This document shows, piece after piece, positions 22,850 to 33,269 of a stretch of DNA of 64,000 bases. The notes beneath the pieces are model-generated. The model did no database searches, was not told where the DNA came from, and saw nothing but the letters and a program-made list of their open reading frames with translations. Location of the stretch: NCBI GenBank assembly GCA_965197525.1, contig OZ240211.1, positions 480,001 to 544,000 of the forward strand. Direction: 5' to 3'. Positions within the stretch are counted from its first letter, which is position 1. Each line of letters begins with the position of its first letter. The stretch comes from Nitrosopumilus sp. Its GTDB lineage: Archaea > Thermoproteota > Nitrososphaeria > Nitrososphaerales > Nitrosopumilaceae. Both the position numbers and the translations under genes were made by a program.

Positions 22850-23764
22850 TTATTTTTGGCTCTTTGTACGTCTTTTATGCCATCTGTAAAGCCCAAACAG
22901 ACCTAGTGGCAGTCCAATAAAAGTACCCAAGCTGATAGTTGGTGTAAAATAAAAATTACCTAACCAAAAACCACCTTCCGATCCAAACTCAAAAAATGCT
23001 TTTGGTCTGAGAAGAATCGAGACAGTCTCAGAAGTAGAACGTACAGTGTCAGTATCATCAGTATAATCTACAGTAATTTGAAATGGGATGTAATGCTCAT
23101 AGTCAACTTCTTCCTCAGTTGAGGCAGTGACTAGTTCTGAACGCAGAGATATGGGGGTATCTCTGTCAATAGAGGAAAACGTATGTTGGGTTTGTCCCCT
23201 AAATGTAACAATCTCTGGAGGAATTATTTTTATGGTAACGTCATGTAGAGTGGAACCCTGACTTTCAATGGTTACGATAAATGGAAATTCTGCATTAGAG
23301 TAAATGGAATCTTGTACACTTGTGCTTATTACAAGTTTCGGTTCTCCACGAATGGTTATCGGTAAGGCCACACTAGAAAAGCGTTCGTTATCCCCATCCA
23401 TGTGAGATAAATCCACATTAATGAAATGGTCCCCAAGAGTAGAATTTGGAAAACTGTATACAGTGATTGTTTTGCCGTATGAACTTTTACCAGCTATCCG
23501 CTCATAAAACCATGCTAGCTCATCATTAGAGCTAAAAATTTTTTCAGGAAACGTTATCTTTACGGTAGCATTGAGTCTATCAACTGAGTGTGGGTTTTCA
23601 GTTAGTAGAGATATATTGAAGTCTGATCCTCTTACCACACCTTCAGGATGTATTATAGAAGTCTTAATGGAACCATCATCCACTAGTTTTGTTGCAGAGT
23701 ATGCATTTGGGAGAAAGAACAGCGAAAAACCCAATACGACGAGGATAAAAAGTTCTAGTTTCAT
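22850..23764 (-). CDS. Secreted/membrane-anchored Ig-like (COG1361-type) hypothetical protein
   Basis: Signal peptide, beta-rich repeats, C-terminal TM helix and basic tail. Confidence 0.6.
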   Translation of the reverse strand: MKLELFILVVLGFSLFFLPNAYSATKLVDDGSIKTSIIHPEGVVRGSDFNISLLTENPHSVDRLNATVKITFPEKIFSSNDELAWFYERIAGKSSYGKTITVYSFPNSTLGDHFINVDLSHMDGDNERFSSVALPITIRGEPKLVISTSVQDSIYSNAEFPFIVTIESQGSTLHDVTIKIIPPEIVTFRGQTQHTFSSIDRDTPISLRSELVTASTEEEVDYEHYIPFQITVDYTDDTDTVRSTSETVSILLRPKAFFEFGSEGGFWLGNFYFTPTISLGTFIGLPLGLFGLYRWHKRRTKSQK

Positions 23765-23824
23765 ACCGTTTAAGTGGTTTTGATAATATTAAAAGATCGT
23801 ATTAGCAGCCATAAGAGTATAAAC

Positions 23825-23850
23825 GGTTCTGTCAGGTTATCGAGATCTAA
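23825..23850 (+). mobile_element. Orphan TIR end of the tnpB element family (E2)
   Basis: GGTTCTGTCAGGTTATCGAGATCTAA vs E4 left end GGTTCTGTTGGGTTATCGAGATCTAA (24/26). No partner end found. Confidence 0.7.
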
Positions 23851-23869
23851 TGTATTAACTCAAAAATTG

Positions 23870-24010
23870 GTAACCGTGTAGTTTTTTGAAATCCATGACT
23901 ACAATAAGGAAATTTGCGCTCAAACTTACATCTCTCATAAAACAAATAGTAATGATTGGTTGATATATTGTGTGTAGATCCTAGTTTACTTCAAAAAACT
24001 ATATAGTTAC
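23870..24010. mobile_element. 141-bp MITE-like segment with 21-bp imperfect IRs
   Basis: GTAACCGTGTAGTTTTTTGAA (23870-23890) vs reverse complement of 23990-24010, GTAACTATATAGTTTTTTGAA (18/21). Confidence 0.5.
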
Positions 24011-24077
24011 GAATATTCTTTGCAGTGTGTGTAATAAGAGTACATTTTCAACTTCTAACATAGATAACCTCTTACTT

Positions 24078-24560
24078 TTATTTGTCGATGGAACCGAGCG
24101 TAGAATTTGATGTGAGATTAGACATGCCTTCAGAAAGAGTTTTTTTATTAATTATGCTAACCGAATTTTTCATAACGTATCTTAGGATAGGATTATCGTC
24201 TTGATTTTTCTTATCTGTAATGAATATTTTTTCGATTATTGGTACCAGAATAATCAAAGATTTTTCTGTTTCATATAGGTTGATTATTTGATTGGTCATG
24301 TTAAATTCTAACTCTTTTACCTGGTTTTTTGCAGTTACATCTTCTGGTCTAGCCATCTCCAAGTTTGAAGTATCAATAGGAGTTGAGCTAAAAACACGAG
24401 AAATCTCATTGAAACTTATCGCACTATTTTCTTTGTCATCATCCTGAATCTTAATGATCTCTACAACTGATAGCTTTACGCGTAAAGTTTGCCCATTTTC
24501 ACATTCAAAAGTACTGAAATCCTCACGAATTGTTACAAAAGGAATCTGGGACTTGTTCAT
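24078..24560 (-). CDS. Hypothetical protein with an internally duplicated beta-rich domain
   Basis: 160 aa. ATGA overlap with the restored PIN stop; the two halves are loosely similar. Confidence 0.65.
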   Translation of the reverse strand: MNKSQIPFVTIREDFSTFECENGQTLRVKLSVVEIIKIQDDDKENSAISFNEISRVFSSTPIDTSNLEMARPEDVTAKNQVKELEFNMTNQIINLYETEKSLIILVPIIEKIFITDKKNQDDNPILRYVMKNSVSIINKKTLSEGMSNLTSNSTLGSIDK

Positions 24561-25122
24561 ATTCTGTAAACCTCTTTTATCGCCAATTGCTGAACTTCTG
24601 AATTTACTTCTGCAAAATCACTATCAAAACTTGCAATTTTACAACATTTGAAAATCTTTGCTAATTCTACATGCAATGAATCTACAGTGGAAATCCCTTT
24701 ATGTTTATTTTTCTTTTTGTTTCATCAAATTTTACTGTGCCCGGATATTTTTCCATTAAAGCATATGCTTTATTCGAAATTGTTCCAAACATCAGATCTT
24801 TTTCATTACATGTTGAATCAGTAATATTGCCAGAAACAATTTCAATTTGTTTGTCATTCAACGCAAAAATTTTCCTCAGTGCCTCCTCTCTTTTTCTTTT
24901 CCATTGTGCAGGTTCTGTTTTTCCTTGATCTGCCATCATATTGCTAATAATTTTTAACAATTCATTTAATGTCAGATATGATATGATTCCCACATATCTT
25001 CCATTTAAAACATCCTTTATGAATTCAGTAGCGGGTTTTGCACTAGTTGCAGTAGATCCAAACAACCAATTAAACAACACATTTGTATCGATGTAGATTC
25101 TATTGTTCCTTGATTCGGACAT
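24557..25122 (-). pseudogene. PIN-domain (VapC-like) ribonuclease with a -1 frameshift
   Basis: N-terminal IYIDTNVL. The C-terminal PIN motif (DSLHVELA...IASFDSDF) lies in the -1 frame after the A-run at about 24712-24722. Confidence 0.8.
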
Positions 25123-25134
25123 TTCTAAAATGAA

Positions 25135-25533
25135 TTAATCCTCGTCAGCTTTATCAACTGCTGCCTGAATGTCAGCAGGTGTTATATCTAGATCTTGGCT
25201 CAAAGATCCTGCAAACAGTTCAGCTGCATTAGGTACAGTAGCAGGTAATGGCTCTAACCCAAAAATATTTTGCCAGAAATGCTTTCTGCTTTCACTAGGG
25301 TCATAACGTGTAGCTGGAATATTGTCTTCTGGTGAAAAAATTGCTTTGACGATGTCGATTGTTATATACTCCGAATCTCTAACTATAATTTTCTCAGATC
25401 GTTCCATTTTTTGGAAGATTTTAATTGGTTGTGGTTCTTGATTTAGTAATAATACGGTTTGCAAGATATTGTGTAATCTGCATTGTTTCCTTTTAAATCT
25501 GCCTATCGTATAGGTGTAAACACTCAGGTCCAA
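25135..25533 (-). CDS. Hypothetical protein, putative antitoxin partner (likely start 25407, MERSEK)
   Basis: Lies directly upstream of the PIN gene in the same orientation; acidic C-terminus. Confidence 0.5.
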   Translation of the reverse strand: MDLSVYTYTIGRFKRKQCRLHNILQTVLLLNQEPQPIKIFQKMERSEKIIVRDSEYITIDIVKAIFSPEDNIPATRYDPSESRKHFWQNIFGLEPLPATVPNAAELFAGSLSQDLDITPADIQAAVDKADED

Positions 25534-26057
25534 GATTCATCTAGGCACGGATCGTCTAATCCGGCATATATTTTGTGCCTAAAAACACGAGGATCTGAGT
25601 CCATACGTCTAGGTGCTGTCCAAATCCTAGTTTTTCAGGCCTGCAGGAATTCTTCATACTGTTTGTCGGGGAACATACAAGCCCGTCTCTGCGTATGCCA
25701 TAACTTTTGCAATCGCCGTACCATTATAGTGACATACACTGATGTGAACTGCACATCACGTGTACATGATTTGCAGCTGTCATTTTGAAATATTGCCTCA
25801 AATATTACACTCATTCCACATGACATACGTATCCTTTCCAGGGTTGTCGCATATATGTCTGCACGACCAAGACTAACATGCGTTTGCAACATCATGATGT
25901 TGTTGGTGAAGTCACTACTTTACATCATCATCGTCGCCATCATTGTCATCATCATCAAGTTGGCCTAATTTGGTAACATAATCGACTAAATTTTAGGCAC
26001 ATTTCCACCTACTGCACGAAGGCTAAGATTTAATACCTGAAAATAGGGTCTGCGAAT

Positions 26058-28250
26058 ATGGCAAAATTCAAGTCAACAGGCGACGTTTTGAAGATAATAA
26101 AAAACAAGGATCAGATTAGAAATTTTGGAGTCATAGCACATGTTGACCATGGAAAGACTACCATGAGTGACAGCCTTTTGGCATACTCTGGAATTATTGC
26201 ACCATCAACTGCAGGAAAAGCATTAGCAATGGATTTTGACAAGGAAGAGCAAGAGAGAGGAATTACAATTTATCAGGCAAATGTAACATTACACTTTACT
26301 AGCAAAGATAAAGAGTACGTCATCAATATGATAGATACCCCAGGACATGTAGATTTCAGCGGAAGGGTGATTCGCAGCCTTCGAGCAATTGATGGGGCAG
26401 TTGTAGTATGCGATGCAGTGGAAGGCATCATGACACAGACTGAGACGGTAACTAGAATGGCACTAGAAGAACGCGTAAAACCGGTATTATTCATCAACAA
26501 AGTTGACAGGCTCATAAAAGAACTGAGATTGACACCAGAAAAGATGCAGGCACAACTAGTAGAGGTAGTATCAAACTTTAATCAATTAATTGACACGTAT
26601 GCAGAACCGCAATACAGGGAAGCATGGAAAGTATCAATCCAAGATGCAAGTGTGACATTTGGTTCTGCAAAGGACAGATGGGCAATCAACATCGATCTGA
26701 TGAAAGAACGAGGTATCACATTCAAGGATGTAATTGACTCGTATAACAATGAGACAGTATCAGACCTAGTTGAAAAAGCACCACTGGCAGACGCAGTACT
26801 AGGAATGGTGGTAAAACACCATCCAGCACCACATGAGGCAGTAAAGTATAGAATTCCGCAGATATGGAAAGGGGATCTAGAATCAGATGTTGGAAAGGCA
26901 CTACTGGCGTGCGATGATAATGGTCCTACAATAATGATGGTAGTAAACATGGTACTGGATCCGGCAGCAGGCCCTGTAGCAATCGGACGACTGTTCTCTG
27001 GAACCATCAAAGATGGACAGACAATTAACATCATAGACGAAAAACGGGAAGGTCGTGTCCAATCAGTCAACTTTTTCATGGGAAATCAACGTGAGCAAGT
27101 AAAAGAGTTAGGAGCAGGAAATATTCCAGCATTACTAGGATTAAGTGAATGTAGGGCAGGAAATACCCTATCATCAGTTAAAGGAATTCCAATGTTTGAA
27201 GGAGTAAAGTATGTCTCAGAGCCAGTAGTTCAGATAGCAATAGAACCAAAGCATCCCAAAGATCTTCCAAAACTAGTAGATATTCTAAAACAGCTGACAA
27301 TAGAGGACCCAAACCTGATTGTAAAGATTGATGAGGAGAGCGGTGAGACAATAGTTGCAGGAATGGGTGTATTGCACTTGGACGTTGCAACACACAGAAT
27401 ACAAGACGCAAAATGTGAGATTGTAACATCAGAACCATTAATCAACTACAGAGAGACAGTAAAGGGAACCTGTGAGCCAGTCATGGCAAAGTCACCTAAC
27501 CGACACAATAAGATATTCATGACAGTCGAGCCATTAGAACCCCAGATTGCACATATGCTAAGAACAGGGGAGATAAGCGACATGAAAGACAAGAAATTTA
27601 TCTCAGATGTACTCAAAAAAATGGGATGGGATACTGATACCATCAAACGCGTCTTAAAATTCGATTCACGCGGCAATGTGTTGATTAACGGAACCAAAGG
27701 TGTACAATTTGTCCAAGAGTCAACTGACTCTATAAACTCTGGATTCGAAGAGGTCATGAAAGAAGGACCCCTATGCAAAGAGCAGATGAGAAACTGTAAA
27801 TTTATCTTTACACATTTTGTACCACACGAGGATACTGCACACAGGGGCCTATCACAGTTAGGACCAGCATCACGCCGTGCCTGCATGGGCGCACTGTTGA
27901 CAGCTGGAACTGCAGTTTTAGAGCCAACGCTAGCAATAGAGGTTCGTGTTCCAACTGACCTAGTAGGAAACGTTGCAACCATTATCTCAGGCAAACGCGG
28001 CAAAGTACTTGACATGTCACAAAAGGGCGCATCAAGTATTGTTATCGGCGAGATTCCAGCATCAGAGACCTTTAACCTATCAGAGGCTATGAGAGGTCAG
28101 ACTGCAGGACGTGCAACTTGGAATACATCATTTAAAGAGTGGACCGAAGTCCCAAAATCGATGTTAGATACTGCAGTAGCTGAAATACGAAAGAGAAAAG
28201 GTCTGGCACCAAATCCGCCAACTGCTAATGAATTCATAGACAAGGAATAA
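26058..28250 (+). CDS. fusA: Translation elongation factor 2
   Basis: AHVDHGKT, RGITI and DTPGH motifs; diphthamide loop HEDTAHRG. Confidence 0.98.
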   Translation: MAKFKSTGDVLKIIKNKDQIRNFGVIAHVDHGKTTMSDSLLAYSGIIAPSTAGKALAMDFDKEEQERGITIYQANVTLHFTSKDKEYVINMIDTPGHVDFSGRVIRSLRAIDGAVVVCDAVEGIMTQTETVTRMALEERVKPVLFINKVDRLIKELRLTPEKMQAQLVEVVSNFNQLIDTYAEPQYREAWKVSIQDASVTFGSAKDRWAINIDLMKERGITFKDVIDSYNNETVSDLVEKAPLADAVLGMVVKHHPAPHEAVKYRIPQIWKGDLESDVGKALLACDDNGPTIMMVVNMVLDPAAGPVAIGRLFSGTIKDGQTINIIDEKREGRVQSVNFFMGNQREQVKELGAGNIPALLGLSECRAGNTLSSVKGIPMFEGVKYVSEPVVQIAIEPKHPKDLPKLVDILKQLTIEDPNLIVKIDEESGETIVAGMGVLHLDVATHRIQDAKCEIVTSEPLINYRETVKGTCEPVMAKSPNRHNKIFMTVEPLEPQIAHMLRTGEISDMKDKKFISDVLKKMGWDTDTIKRVLKFDSRGNVLINGTKGVQFVQESTDSINSGFEEVMKEGPLCKEQMRNCKFIFTHFVPHEDTAHRGLSQLGPASRRACMGALLTAGTAVLEPTLAIEVRVPTDLVGNVATIISGKRGKVLDMSQKGASSIVIGEIPASETFNLSEAMRGQTAGRATWNTSFKEWTEVPKSMLDTAVAEIRKRKGLAPNPPTANEFIDKE

Positions 28251-28328
28251 CACACACAAAGATTTGTGTCTTATGGGCGGGTTCATAAATTATTCACTGT
28301 GTGTTTTGTTTATTACAAGATATACAAA

Positions 28329-29993
28329 TCAAGACGATGTATCGGTTTTTTGTGTCACTAGTTTTGTTGCCAATGCAATCATTTTATCAAACTCTGTTTT
28401 ATCTACTGGGGATTTGGCAAATTCAACCAAGCTAGAACGCTTGAAGCATTCTGCTATCTGCTCAACAGGATTTGTTGCACCATCAAGGTGTGATAAGATA
28501 TCTTCGTTTGTAATCTCTTTTTTAAGACCCAACTCGTAACTCAGATACAGTCTAATTGATTGAGCAATCTTACTGTAAGCGTCTTTGTACTGTTGGTTAT
28601 CAAAATCTATCTTTGCTTGTGTTATGAGGTTACTTGATGCTGTGATATAATCAAACTCTTTGTGGTCTTTGTAGGATACCGCATCTGGTGGTGATGATGT
28701 TGTTGTTGTTGTTTTATTTGTATAAAATCGCCTATACAGCATATAACCTACAACACCACACAGTATCACAGCAAAGACAACAAACAGACTCAGATAGTCA
28801 AACGGTCTCTCTAATTCTATACCTACAAGGTTGTCACCCTCATCAAATATTGCAGTAATTGTAGCGTCGTCTTGATTTTTGTTATTATACTGTAGAGACA
28901 GAGTGGTTGTACCATCACCATCATTCGGATAGCTAAATTCTACTCCCTCTCTTACAAAACCGTCCAGAGTCAGACTTTCCTCATACTCTTGAAAACGCTT
29001 GTCAGATTCAAGTCTTTCTAGTAATAGGTCATTTTGTAGTTGAGAGGTCTGTTTTATATCAGTCAGAGTTCCATTGACCATGCTGCCCTGAAATTTAGTC
29101 CATTGTTGTTGCTGTTGATCTTGATAATTGACCTCAAAAGTGCCAGTATGTTCTGATGTCGGGTTTAAAGTGGCGTTTGTAACACCGTTCCCTTGGGCCA
29201 AAATACTGTTATGTATCTCTTGAAAATCTTCGTTTGATACTAGCGCTCCTTCGAACTGTTCGCGTAAGTGATTTTCTTCTTGCACATGTTGTTGTAACTC
29301 TTGTTTTAACGCACTGGTATCCTGAGGCAGTTGACTGTTTTGAAGTCGTTGCTGAGTATCAGAAGGATTGTTTGCTTCTTCTTGATTGATTTGGTTCTGC
29401 TGCATCTGTTGTTGAGCGGATTGTTGGGATGATTGACTGCCGGCTTGATTGTTATTAGACTGAGATGATGAGCTCTGCGTCGGGTTTTGTGTGTTGTTTT
29501 GCTCAGATTCGTCTGAAACAAAATTAACGACGATTGAATCCAAGGATACGTGTATGTCATCAGTGGTATATCCTAAATCCAACACAAAAGATGACGGAGT
29601 ATCGCTAGTACCAAAATCCAGAGATATCGTTTGTGTTCCATTGACAAGTGTCAATGAAGATGACTGTGTACGAGTAGTTGAAAATTGCCCAATTGTTTGA
29701 GTAACGGTAGATTGTAAGAGCCCATTTACAGAATATCCGTAACTGTTTTCAATATCTAATGAGATTATTGCGTTTTGGTCCACTAGAAAATAATATTCAG
29801 ATTGTGGAACAATCATCACTATGTTGTCTTCATTGTCTTCTGCTGCATCTGTTTGATTATCGTCATGACTGGTAGCATAAGCATCCTCATTACCAACAAC
29901 AACAACAACAAGAACATCAACAACAGTAACAACCCCAACAGACATAGACACGCATAGAATAAACAGCAAACCCAAAGATGTCAATCCATTCAT
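28329..29993 (-). CDS. Membrane-anchored Gln/Ser-rich hypothetical protein (BatD-like position in the operon)
   Basis: N-terminal hydrophobic segment, QQSAQQQMQQ tract, C-proximal TM. Overlaps the vWA gene stop. Confidence 0.6.
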   Translation of the reverse strand: MNGLTSLGLLFILCVSMSVGVVTVVDVLVVVVVGNEDAYATSHDDNQTDAAEDNEDNIVMIVPQSEYYFLVDQNAIISLDIENSYGYSVNGLLQSTVTQTIGQFSTTRTQSSSLTLVNGTQTISLDFGTSDTPSSFVLDLGYTTDDIHVSLDSIVVNFVSDESEQNNTQNPTQSSSSQSNNNQAGSQSSQQSAQQQMQQNQINQEEANNPSDTQQRLQNSQLPQDTSALKQELQQHVQEENHLREQFEGALVSNEDFQEIHNSILAQGNGVTNATLNPTSEHTGTFEVNYQDQQQQQWTKFQGSMVNGTLTDIKQTSQLQNDLLLERLESDKRFQEYEESLTLDGFVREGVEFSYPNDGDGTTTLSLQYNNKNQDDATITAIFDEGDNLVGIELERPFDYLSLFVVFAVILCGVVGYMLYRRFYTNKTTTTTSSPPDAVSYKDHKEFDYITASSNLITQAKIDFDNQQYKDAYSKIAQSIRLYLSYELGLKKEITNEDILSHLDGATNPVEQIAECFKRSSLVEFAKSPVDKTEFDKMIALATKLVTQKTDTSS

Positions 29994-30940
29994 TGAATAA
30001 CTCTTCCCCGTCCATATCTTGCGTAAATTTGTACAAACAACAATCCTAGAGCAGCAACAAAGAACCAGTCTTTTATATAAGTCTCCTCTTGTTCGCGTTG
30101 GATATCCTGACTAATATTTTCATAGATACCGTCAAGCGTCTGAGAATCTACGGATTTAAAGTACTTGCCGCCGGTATTCTCTGCAATTGCCTGTAATGTG
30201 GCCTCGTCTAACTCTGCATATTGAGGCCTGCCAAAAACATCATATCCGAACACAACTCGTTCTGCTGAACCAAGACCAATTGTATAAACCTGGATGTCAT
30301 TTGATTGGGCAAATGCAACTGCCTCTCTGGGCGTTATCACCCCTGCATTATTAACCCCATCACTGAGGAGTATGACTACTTTTTGTTTATTTGGAACTGA
30401 GACTGCCATATCAATTCCGAGACTGAGCCCGTCACCTATTGCGGTTCTTCCATCTCGCGGCAAGATATCGTATAGTTTCTCTATAACCCGGTCTTTGTAT
30501 GGACTAAGATACGCAGCAGTAGTGGCGCCTGTCTCAAATACCACAATACCTGCATTGTCTTTTGGTTGCAACGAGTTTAGCAATATCTCAGCAGAATTTT
30601 TAGCAGATTCCAGCCTATTTGGAGGATAATCCTGCGCTTGCATACTGCCAGAAATATCAATTACCAGTACAACGTTGACTCCTTCTTTGGTCTGCTCTAA
30701 CGGAATGTGTGGATCTGCAAATCCTATAATCATTAATGCGATAACACTAATTGAGAGATAAAACAAGAGCGAGTCACGCCTGGTCTTTTTCTTACCCCCT
30801 ATGGCAGATTTGACATAAGACAAATTGCTAAATCGTATTGCAGCTTTTTTCTTTCTTTTTAGAATTTTATTATACACATAAAATAAAATAGGTATTACAA
30901 GCAAAAAGAGTAGATAAAGTTCGTTATCAAATCCCGCCAT
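29990..30940 (-). CDS. vWA domain membrane protein (BatA-like)
   Basis: MIDAS motif DISGSM, TAIGDGL, LLSDGVNN, and TM segments. Confidence 0.88.
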   Translation of the reverse strand: MAGFDNELYLLFLLVIPILFYVYNKILKRKKKAAIRFSNLSYVKSAIGGKKKTRRDSLLFYLSISVIALMIIGFADPHIPLEQTKEGVNVVLVIDISGSMQAQDYPPNRLESAKNSAEILLNSLQPKDNAGIVVFETGATTAAYLSPYKDRVIEKLYDILPRDGRTAIGDGLSLGIDMAVSVPNKQKVVILLSDGVNNAGVITPREAVAFAQSNDIQVYTIGLGSAERVVFGYDVFGRPQYAELDEATLQAIAENTGGKYFKSVDSQTLDGIYENISQDIQREQEETYIKDWFFVAALGLLFVQIYARYGRGRVIQ

Positions 30941-30943
30941 CTC

Positions 30944-31819
30944 TTATCTCCTCTTAAACAGGTGTTTTAGTGGCAGGATGTAATCCTGATCAGTTAACAA
31001 TGTTACAGCATCAATCTTGCTATTCATCATACTAGTCTTGAATTGAGAGTTGTTTTTATTGACCAGTTCAGAGTATGCGTCTCTGAATATCTCATCAGAT
31101 GTATCCACAAGAATCTGTTCCCCTGTCTCCTCATCTTCTAGCTCTATAAGACCCACATCAGGAATTTCAATCTCCCTTTTATCGACTATACGTAACGCAA
31201 TGACATCATGATACTGTCCGAGTATCTTCAGAGACATGGTAAATTGAGTGTCATCCAAAAAATCGGATATAACAAAAACAAGACTCTTTCTTTTGATGAT
31301 TTTAAATATGTGTTTGAGGGATCGCTGCAGATCAGTATTGACAGAATTTGGTGTAAATGCAGAGATAATACTCAGAGATTGGAGTATGTGCCGTTTACCT
31401 TTTCTTAAGGGAATAAACTTTTCAATGTCATCAGATACCAAAAATACCCCAACTCCGTTATTATCCCTGAGTGCGGCAAACATGAGGGTTGCAATTATCT
31501 CAAGGGAACGGTCCCTCTTTGAGATGTTTGAGCCAAAACTGTTAGAGCCAGACACGTCAATTACAAAGTAGATTTGTAAATCTCGCTCCTCGATAAACTC
31601 CTTTATGTAAGGACGGTTAAACCTAGCAGTAACATTCCAGTCTATTGCTCGCACGTCATCGCCTGGTCCATACTCCCTAAGATCTGAGAATTCTAACCCC
31701 TGTCCCTTGAATACGGAATGATGCTTGCCGACTACTAAACCCTCAACTAGATGTTTTGTTGTAATATCCACTCTATGCAACTTTTTTAAGATTTGAGTTA
31801 TTGGAGACATAATGCACAC
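30944..31819 (-). CDS. DUF58 family protein
   Basis: GQGLEFSDLREYGPGDDVRAIDWNVTAR motif. Confidence 0.92.
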   Translation of the reverse strand: MCIMSPITQILKKLHRVDITTKHLVEGLVVGKHHSVFKGQGLEFSDLREYGPGDDVRAIDWNVTARFNRPYIKEFIEERDLQIYFVIDVSGSNSFGSNISKRDRSLEIIATLMFAALRDNNGVGVFLVSDDIEKFIPLRKGKRHILQSLSIISAFTPNSVNTDLQRSLKHIFKIIKRKSLVFVISDFLDDTQFTMSLKILGQYHDVIALRIVDKREIEIPDVGLIELEDEETGEQILVDTSDEIFRDAYSELVNKNNSQFKTSMMNSKIDAVTLLTDQDYILPLKHLFKRR

Positions 31820-31843
31820 ATATTAAATATTTGAAATATGCCA

Positions 31844-32830
31844 CTATGGCACTTTGATCTTCTCTAAGATTTTTTGTATAATGTCGTCAGGTGTGATCCG
31901 TTCTGCTTCGGCTTCATATGTTAGAATGATTCGATGACGAAGGACATCGTAGGCTATATTTTGTACATCTTGCGGAGTTACGTATCCTCTTCCTTGCAGT
32001 AAAGCGTTAGATTTAGCTGAGATGGTAATCCATATGGACGCTCGAGGTGATGCACCATATTCAATATAATTAGATATGTCAAGGTCATATTTGGCAGGGA
32101 ATCGTGTTGCATCTACGATCTCTGTAATGTAATTGTAAATAGTATCATCAACGTAAATCTCTCCTACAAAATCTTGTATTGAGATCATCTCATCAGTTGA
32201 TAAAATTTTTGCAGGGTGAGGGGTCATACCAGTTGTGAATCGTTGGATAATCTCGGATTCCTGCTCCCTGTTTGGATATGAGATTAATAATTTGAACATG
32301 AAACGATCTAATTGTGCTTCAGGAAGTCGGTACGTTCCTTCAGACTCTATCGGGTTTTGGGTGGCCATTACAAAGAACGGTTTTTCTAGGATGTGTGTCT
32401 CTCCTTGGATACTTACTTGGTTCTCCTGCATTGCCTCAAGCAATGCTGATTGTACCTTTGGAGGGGCACGATTAATCTCGTCAGCTAGTATAAAGTTTGA
32501 AAATATTGGGCCTTGTAGCGTGTTAAATGACGCTGTGGTATGATCATAAATTTTGGTTCCGGTAATGTCTGCAGGTAGCAGATCAGGAGTGAATTGTAGT
32601 CGTACAAACTCGGCACTTGTGCAATCAGATAATGTCTGAACAAGTAACGTCTTGGCCAGTCCTGGAACGCCTTCAAGCAGAACGTGACCATTAGATAGCA
32701 AGGCAATGATTAATTTTTCAATTACTTTGTCTTGGCCTACAATAACCTTTGAGATCTCATCGTGAAGTTCTTTGATTTTGACAGACAATTCCCGAGATTT
32801 GGTAGTTAATGCTTGAATTTCTTGACTCAT
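31844..32830 (-). CDS. moxR: MoxR family AAA+ ATPase
   Basis: GVPGLAKT, QFTPDLLPAD, ADEINRAPPKVQSALLEAM motifs. Confidence 0.95.
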   Translation of the reverse strand: MSQEIQALTTKSRELSVKIKELHDEISKVIVGQDKVIEKLIIALLSNGHVLLEGVPGLAKTLLVQTLSDCTSAEFVRLQFTPDLLPADITGTKIYDHTTASFNTLQGPIFSNFILADEINRAPPKVQSALLEAMQENQVSIQGETHILEKPFFVMATQNPIESEGTYRLPEAQLDRFMFKLLISYPNREQESEIIQRFTTGMTPHPAKILSTDEMISIQDFVGEIYVDDTIYNYITEIVDATRFPAKYDLDISNYIEYGASPRASIWITISAKSNALLQGRGYVTPQDVQNIAYDVLRHRIILTYEAEAERITPDDIIQKILEKIKVP

Positions 32831-32899
32831 ATCTCTTGACCACGTAATATTGAATATAATAAAATTGGGAAAGGTTATCTTATATAAATTGCGTTTTTT

Positions 32900-33158
32900 G
32901 GTTCTGTAACATCTTCGAGACCCTTAGTGATGTTATCGCTGGCCTAAATATACCATTCAAACTATCCTCTAGGTTTAGGGATAGTCGAGATGACATAGAT
33001 GAAGCGAAGTCTGGCATTTTTGAGCCAGCGATGTTGGAATCTTGCAGATCAGTAATCTAGATAGTCGATATGTCAAAGTCGAGTGATAGAGAGAAAACAA
33101 TTTGTTAATAATACAACAAAATTTCTTTGTTGATAGGTGTCTATAACCAGACAGAACC
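32900..33158 (+). mobile_element. MITE-like deletion derivative of the tnpB element (E3, 259 bp)
   Basis: Ends GGTTCTGT...ACAGAACC. The interior is homologous to the tnpB 3' end from the RuvC-III codons (GATGTTATCGCT) through GATATGTCAAAGTC. Confidence 0.85.
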
Positions 33159-33269
33159 GTCATCCCAGTTTTGAAGACTATTTTGCGTTAGTTGATCCAC
33201 ATCGTTTTCTGCTTTATCTAGCGTTTTGTTATCATCAGGTAGTCGCTGTGATTCTGTAAATAAGAGATG

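Noticed and set aside
24705-24725. Programmed -1 frameshift in the PIN gene
   Set aside because: No in-frame X-XXY-YYZ heptamer or evident stimulatory structure. A lost A is simpler.
25483-25920. ORFs 25483..25788 and 25635..25895
   Set aside because: No recognisable motifs and overlapping on opposite strands. Possibly decayed sequence, but not supportable.
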